Below are positions 58,893-63,680 of a DNA stretch of 63,680 nucleotides, one piece after another. Made by a program: the position numbers and the translations under genes. Below the pieces are notes generated by a model. That model searched no databases. It saw nothing but the letters and a program-made list of their open reading frames with translations, and was not told the origin of the DNA. Each line of letters begins with the position of its first letter. Position 1 is the first letter of the stretch. Origin of the DNA: Octopus bimaculoides (taxonomy: Eukaryota); the NCBI RefSeq assembly GCF_001194135.2, contig NC_068983.1, forward strand, positions 98,510,142 to 98,573,821. The letters run 5' to 3'.

Positions 58893-60312
58893 TAATACTA
58901 CTACTACTGATGGTGATGATGATGATGATGACTCTAAAAAGAGTAATATCAGTGGTGACTCCGGCACTTGGGCTGTTTGGGCGTAGCTGAGTATAAATTT
59001 AGTAAAGTGAACATGCATTTGCAAGCTGATTTACTTTCTGCTAACACTGATTTCAAGTATATAATTTCAGCCATTCATTCGGGCTCCTCTAATTGAGCCT
59101 GATCACAGTTCATTTATTTTCATTCAGCGTCTGGAGATCGTCTTATAGGTGTTCTGTGTCGAAAAATATCATTTATAGCAGACGTTCTCTCGACATCGTT
59201 CACACGCGCCTGAATTGGGTTCAGAAGTTACAGCCTGAGTTGTTATCTATAATCGTAAAAATTAACAATAACTCAAATTCGATGTTTTCTTGAAGCAATA
59301 AATTTCGATAGAGATTAGTATTTAAATTCCAGTCTATAAAAAGTTTCCCTTCTACAATATTCTTAAAGGAATGTAAAATTATCCAGCAACTCGGGCTAAT
59401 ACGAACGAGCCTGGTAGGCATAAAAAACTAACTGGCATCTCTTGTCAGTAGTACAGGCGATAGTTAGATCGCTGATGTTTGTTGTGTACTCTGCTGTCGT
59501 TATTTGATTGCTGCTATTTTGTGTGTCTGTGTGTAAATATCAGTTGTGTTTTGCCAGGTTGCTTTATTTCTACCCTTAACTTAGAAATGGAGAAAGACAT
59601 AGTGCTAGATATGAAAAATAAGCCATTTGGGGCTAGAAATAAAGCGGAAAAACGTAAAATTCTTTGAATAGGCATGTGTCTTATGCGAAATCTGTGATGA
59701 GCTTGAGTGACGAAATCTGTAATGAGCCCAAGTGATGCTGATGACCTGGAGTCGCCTCTGAATAATATGATACTCTAAAAATGCGCATAATCAAAGAATT
59801 GAAAGCTACAGATCTCAGTATGGACCACCGATTATACCATGAACCTGGCCGCCACAGAAAGAAATGTCAATATGACCAGGCTAAATGATGTAACACATGC
59901 AGTAGCCTCTGTGGCCACAAAAGAAGCTGGATAGCCACTAAAACCCATTCCAACAGGAGCATCACCACCCAAACAAACCCTGTGGATAAATAATATCCAG
60001 AATAAAAGTAGAGAATAAGAGAAAGGATCTGTCAATCCTGAATGAAACTAGTAGACAATCAACTAAGCAACAAGAAGAGAGAGAAATACTACATAAATAC
60101 AAAATTACAGAACAAGGTATACCTGTGGTAAAAGAACAACTAAAGCAAGATATTCTCGCCAAAGCACAAAGAATCCGTCGATATGAGAAACGCCAACGTC
60201 TCTTTGAACAAAACAAACAGTTCAACTCAAACCCCAAAAGATTCTACCAAGAACTTGACAAAAACAAAATAGATATCAATGCAGCATCAACAGCATAAGA
60301 AGAAGAAGAATT

Positions 60313-61252
60313 TTGGAAAGAAATATGGTTGGCAAAGGAACAACCTCAGCAAAGTCTATCAAAACAACGAATACAGCACCTGAACCACTCTGGACCCCAA
60401 TAACAACTGAAGAGGTTACCCAGGCACTGCAAAAGCTAAGCAACTGGAAGGCATCCGGGCACAACAGGATCCCCAACTTCTGGTTAAAATACCTAACAGG
60501 AACACATAAAAAGTTGATTGAGAAACTTAATGAAATACAAGCAGAGCCAGAGACAATGCCTGAATGGCTTACGGAAGGGAAAACTATCCTAATTCCCAAG
60601 TCCACTGAAATGGCAAACCCACAAAATTACAGAACGATAACTTGTCTCCCTACAATTTACAAAGCCTTTACTGCAATAATATCGCAGAGAATGAGTAAAC
60701 ATCTGAAAGAAAACAACCAGTTTCCAGAAGAGCAGAGGGGATGCTGCAAGGGCTCATACGGCTGTAAGGATCAGCTACTGATCAATAAAGCCATAACTAA
60801 AGACAGCAGCAGAAAAAAGAAGTATCTAAGTATAGCCTGGATCGATAACCGAAAGGTTTTTGATAGTATTCCCCACACATGGATCCTAGAAACACTAGCC
60901 ATGAACAAGGTAGCACCAATAATCATAAAATATATAACACATTCCATGAATAAATGGCAGACAGTGCTACAGGTTCAAACAAAAGAGGGACTGATAAAAA
61001 CCAAAGCTATACCCATTAGAAGAGGAATATTCCAGAGATACACTCTCTCCACTTCTTTTCTGCTTGGCACTGACACCTTTATCTGACATGTTAAACAGAA
61101 CTGGGTGTAAATACAACTGTTACGGCAAGACAATCAACCACCTCTTATATATGGATTATCTAAAACTGTACGCTACAAATAATAAACAGCTGGAAACATT
61201 ACTACAGACAGTACATGGATTTACCAAAGAAATAAACATGAATTTGGTTTAG
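60313..61252 (+). pseudogene. Reverse transcriptase of the Dong/R4 element (frameshifted)
   Basis: NWKASG.NRIPNFWLK, NYRTITCLPTIYK, EEQRG, AWIDNRKVFDSIPHTW, RGIFQ/GD.LSPLLF.LAL.PLS, NHLLYMDYLKLY (catalytic YMDD mutated to YMDY). Confidence 0.9.
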
Positions 61253-62608
61253 AAAAATATGCCAAAGCAACCTTGAAAAGAGGAAAACTATTTAAGAGTA
61301 GCAACATCATACTAGATAAAGCAAATGAAATAAGAGAATTAGACCAAGCCAGGCATACAAATACTTAGGAATCAGTGAACTAGATACGATACAACACACA
61401 CACAAATGAAAGAGAAGATAAGAATATCATAGATGAATTAGATTAATACTGAGAAGAAAGCTCAATGCGAGAAACAAGATAATAGATATCAACACTGTAG
61501 CCGTCTCAGTTATAAGTTACTGCTACAATATTCTTATGTGGACTCTAAATGAACTAATCAAAACACAGGAAAACAAGAAAAATAATGACAGGATTTAGGA
61601 TGCACCACCCAAAATCTAACATAGGAAGGTTATATATACGATGTATCGAAGGTGGTAGAGGCCTTATACAGCTAGAAAACTATTACAAAATAACCACCAT
61701 AGGACTACAGAAATACCTACTTCAGAAGCAAGGAAAACTAATACAAATAACCACAAAACATGAACAAAACAAAAAACTGTTTTCAGTCTTTAAGGAAGCT
61801 GACAAATACAAAAAAGATGTCATAGTGCCTAACAACTATGAAGAAAAAGAAGAAACAACGAAAGCTGTAAAACAACTGGAACAGCAACGGACCATGATAA
61901 AACGATGGCAAGAAAAGCCCCTACATGGTAAATACTGGACTAAACTAAATGCAAAAGAAATAGACAGAGAAAAATCCCAGCAATGGTTAAGAAGCTCAGG
62001 ACTCAAAGCAGAGACTGAAGGATTTTTAATTGCAGCACAAGACCAAAGCCTCCCACCAGAAATTACCAAAAACATATAATGAAAAGAAACATAACAAGTA
62101 ACTGCAGAATATGTNNNNNNNNNNNNNNNNNNNNNNNNNNNNNNNNNNNNNNNNNNNNNNNNNNNNNNNNNNNNNNNNNNNNNNNNNNNNNNNNNNNNNN
62201 NNNNNNNNNNNNNNNNNNNNNNNNNNNNNNNNNNNNNNNNNNNNNNNNNNNNNNNNNNNNNNNNNNNNNNNNNNNNNNNNNNNNNNNNNNNNNNNNNNNN
62301 NNNNNNNNNNNNNNNNNNNNNNNNNNNNNNNNNNNNNNNNNNNNNNNNNNNNNNNNNNNNNNNNNNNNNNNNNNNNNNNNNNNNNNNNNNNNNNNNNNNN
62401 NNNNNNNNNNNNNNNNNNNNNNNNNNNNNNNNNNNNNNNNNNNNNNNNNNNNNNNNNNNNNNNNNNNNNNNNNNNNNNNNNNNNNNNNNNNNNNNNNNNN
62501 NNNNNNNNNNNNNNNNNNNNNNNNNNNNNNNNNNNNNNNNNNNNNNNNNNNNNNNNNNNNNNNNNNNNNNNNNNNNNNNNNNNNNNNNNNNNNNNNNNNN
62601 NNNNNNNN

Positions 62609-62981
62609 TGTTGTTGGCACTCCGTCGCTTACGACGTTGAGGGTTCCAGTTGATCCGATCAACAGAACAGCCTGCTCGTGAAATTAACGTGCAAGTGGCT
62701 GAGCACTCCACAGACATGTGTACTCTTAACGTAGTTCTCGGGGATATTCAGCATGACACAGTGTGACAAGTCTGACCCTTTGAATTACAGGCACAACAGA
62801 AACAGGAAGAAAGAGTGAGAGAATGAGTACAGCAGGGTTCACCACCATCCCCTGCCGGAGCCTCGTGGAGCTTTAGGTGTTTTCACTCAATAAACACTCA
62901 CAACGTCCGGTCTGGGAATCGAAACCGCGATCCTATGACTGCGAGTCCACTGCCTTAACCACTGGGCCATTGCGCCTCCAC
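62609..62981 (-). mobile_element. SINE family C nested in the Dong endonuclease region
   Basis: Minus strand gtggaggcgcaatggcccagtggttaaggc...ggagtgccaacaaca; Dong coding sequence resumes at 62982. Confidence 0.9.
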
Positions 62982-63149
62982 AACAAGTATATATAACATA
63001 CAGAAAATAGCACTACTAGGCACCGCATCCTACATAAAACATTTTCAATACAGTAAAAATAAGAGCATCACAATAAACCATAGCAGTACCCAAGGAACAC
63101 AGAGCTGTGCTCGGTAGAGCAGTGAAAGCACGTGATAAAAATAAGACTA

Positions 63150-63187
<38 letters not shown>

Positions 63188-63223
63188 GAGAGTATTGCAG
63201 TTCGCTTGAAGCATTGTGTATTG

Positions 63224-63446
63224 TTTGTAAAGAATAAAAAGTTTAGAAAGGTATAACAATGCACTATAGAAAAAAAATGGACTATATACCTGTTGTAACT
63301 TGGTTATTTATAGTCCGATGATATTTCGGAATTAGAATTCCATCTTCAGATCTTATCATAAATAACCAAATAACAACAGGTGTATAGTCCATTTTATTTT
63401 CTATAGTGCATTGTTATACCTTTCTAAACTTTTAATTCTTTACAAA
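63224..63446. repeat. Foldback with arms of about 88 bp (63224-63311, 63358-63446) and a 46-nt loop
   Basis: tttgtaaagaataaaaagtttagaaaggtataacaatgcactatagaaaa and its reverse complement. Confidence 0.93.
63310..63356 (-). ncRNA. Minimal type I hammerhead ribozyme motif in the hairpin loop
   Basis: Minus strand CUGAAGA-U-GGAAUU-CU-AAUUCC-GAAA-U-AUC-AU-C; intact core, triplet AUC, imperfect proximal stem I. Confidence 0.6.
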
Positions 63447-63464
63447 AAAACAAAAAAAAACAAA

Positions 63465-63531
<67 letters not shown>

Positions 63532-63537
63532 CTGATC

Positions 63538-63570
<33 letters not shown>

Positions 63571-63585
63571 TATTATTATTATTAT
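63465..63585. repeat. Compound (AAT)n(GAT)n(TAT)n microsatellite
   Basis: Direct reading. Confidence 0.95.
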
Positions 63586-63680
63586 TATACCTCGAAAATT
63601 ACCATGCATCTTCTACAATGCTTAGTTGAAAAGTTTTTGCTGTGATTTTCTTTGATTTAACTAAAATTAGCCTCTTACAA

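Larger units (their letters stand above)
59835..63184 (+). mobile_element. R4/Dong-clade non-LTR retrotransposon, 5'-truncated and degenerate, with (TAA)n tail
   Basis: KQDILAKAQRIRRYEKR..NPKRFYQEL; RT domain (60313-61250); HPKSNIGRLY...GGRGL; PLHG..W..SSGLKAETEGFLIAAQDQSL; CRIC knuckle before the gap; terminal IQKIALLGTA.IL.K at about 62985-63056; 3' UTR; (AAT)n at 63153-63184. Confidence 0.92.

Noticed and set aside
59685-59762. Two 25-bp direct repeats with TGATGA and CTGA boxes (C/D snoRNA-like)
   Set aside because: No terminal stem and no recognisable rRNA or snRNA antisense element; the boxes are common by chance.

Overview
AT-rich, repeat-saturated animal genomic DNA from a gapped draft assembly (10 N-gaps). 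The SINE, RTE and Dong/R4 repeat families look like those of an octopus (coleoid cephalopod); this assignment is my recognition, not a database result. I can support no intact host protein-coding gene; two minus-strand exon-like segments near 18.0 and 19.6 kb are low-confidence. The window holds dozens of tRNA-derived SINE copies (three to four families), RTE, CR1-like and Dong/R4 LINE relics, Tc1/mariner, Merlin, hAT and piggyBac-type DNA-transposon relics and MITEs, micro- and minisatellites, a full-length U6 snRNA pseudogene and a 5.8S rRNA fragment nested inside SINEs. The most notable unexplained signal is a set of type I hammerhead-ribozyme folds in several unrelated short non-coding repeats (849-935, 21021-21107, 42855-42921, 63310-63356, degenerate at 26641-26678). 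Two of them sit in the loop of long inverted repeats, the architecture known for Penelope-like elements and retrozymes. Several long foldbacks and inverted SINE pairs are candidate dsRNA/ADAR substrates. Almost all ORFs in the supplied track are microsatellite or N-gap artefacts. Coordinates were counted by eye, and repeat boundaries are approximate.
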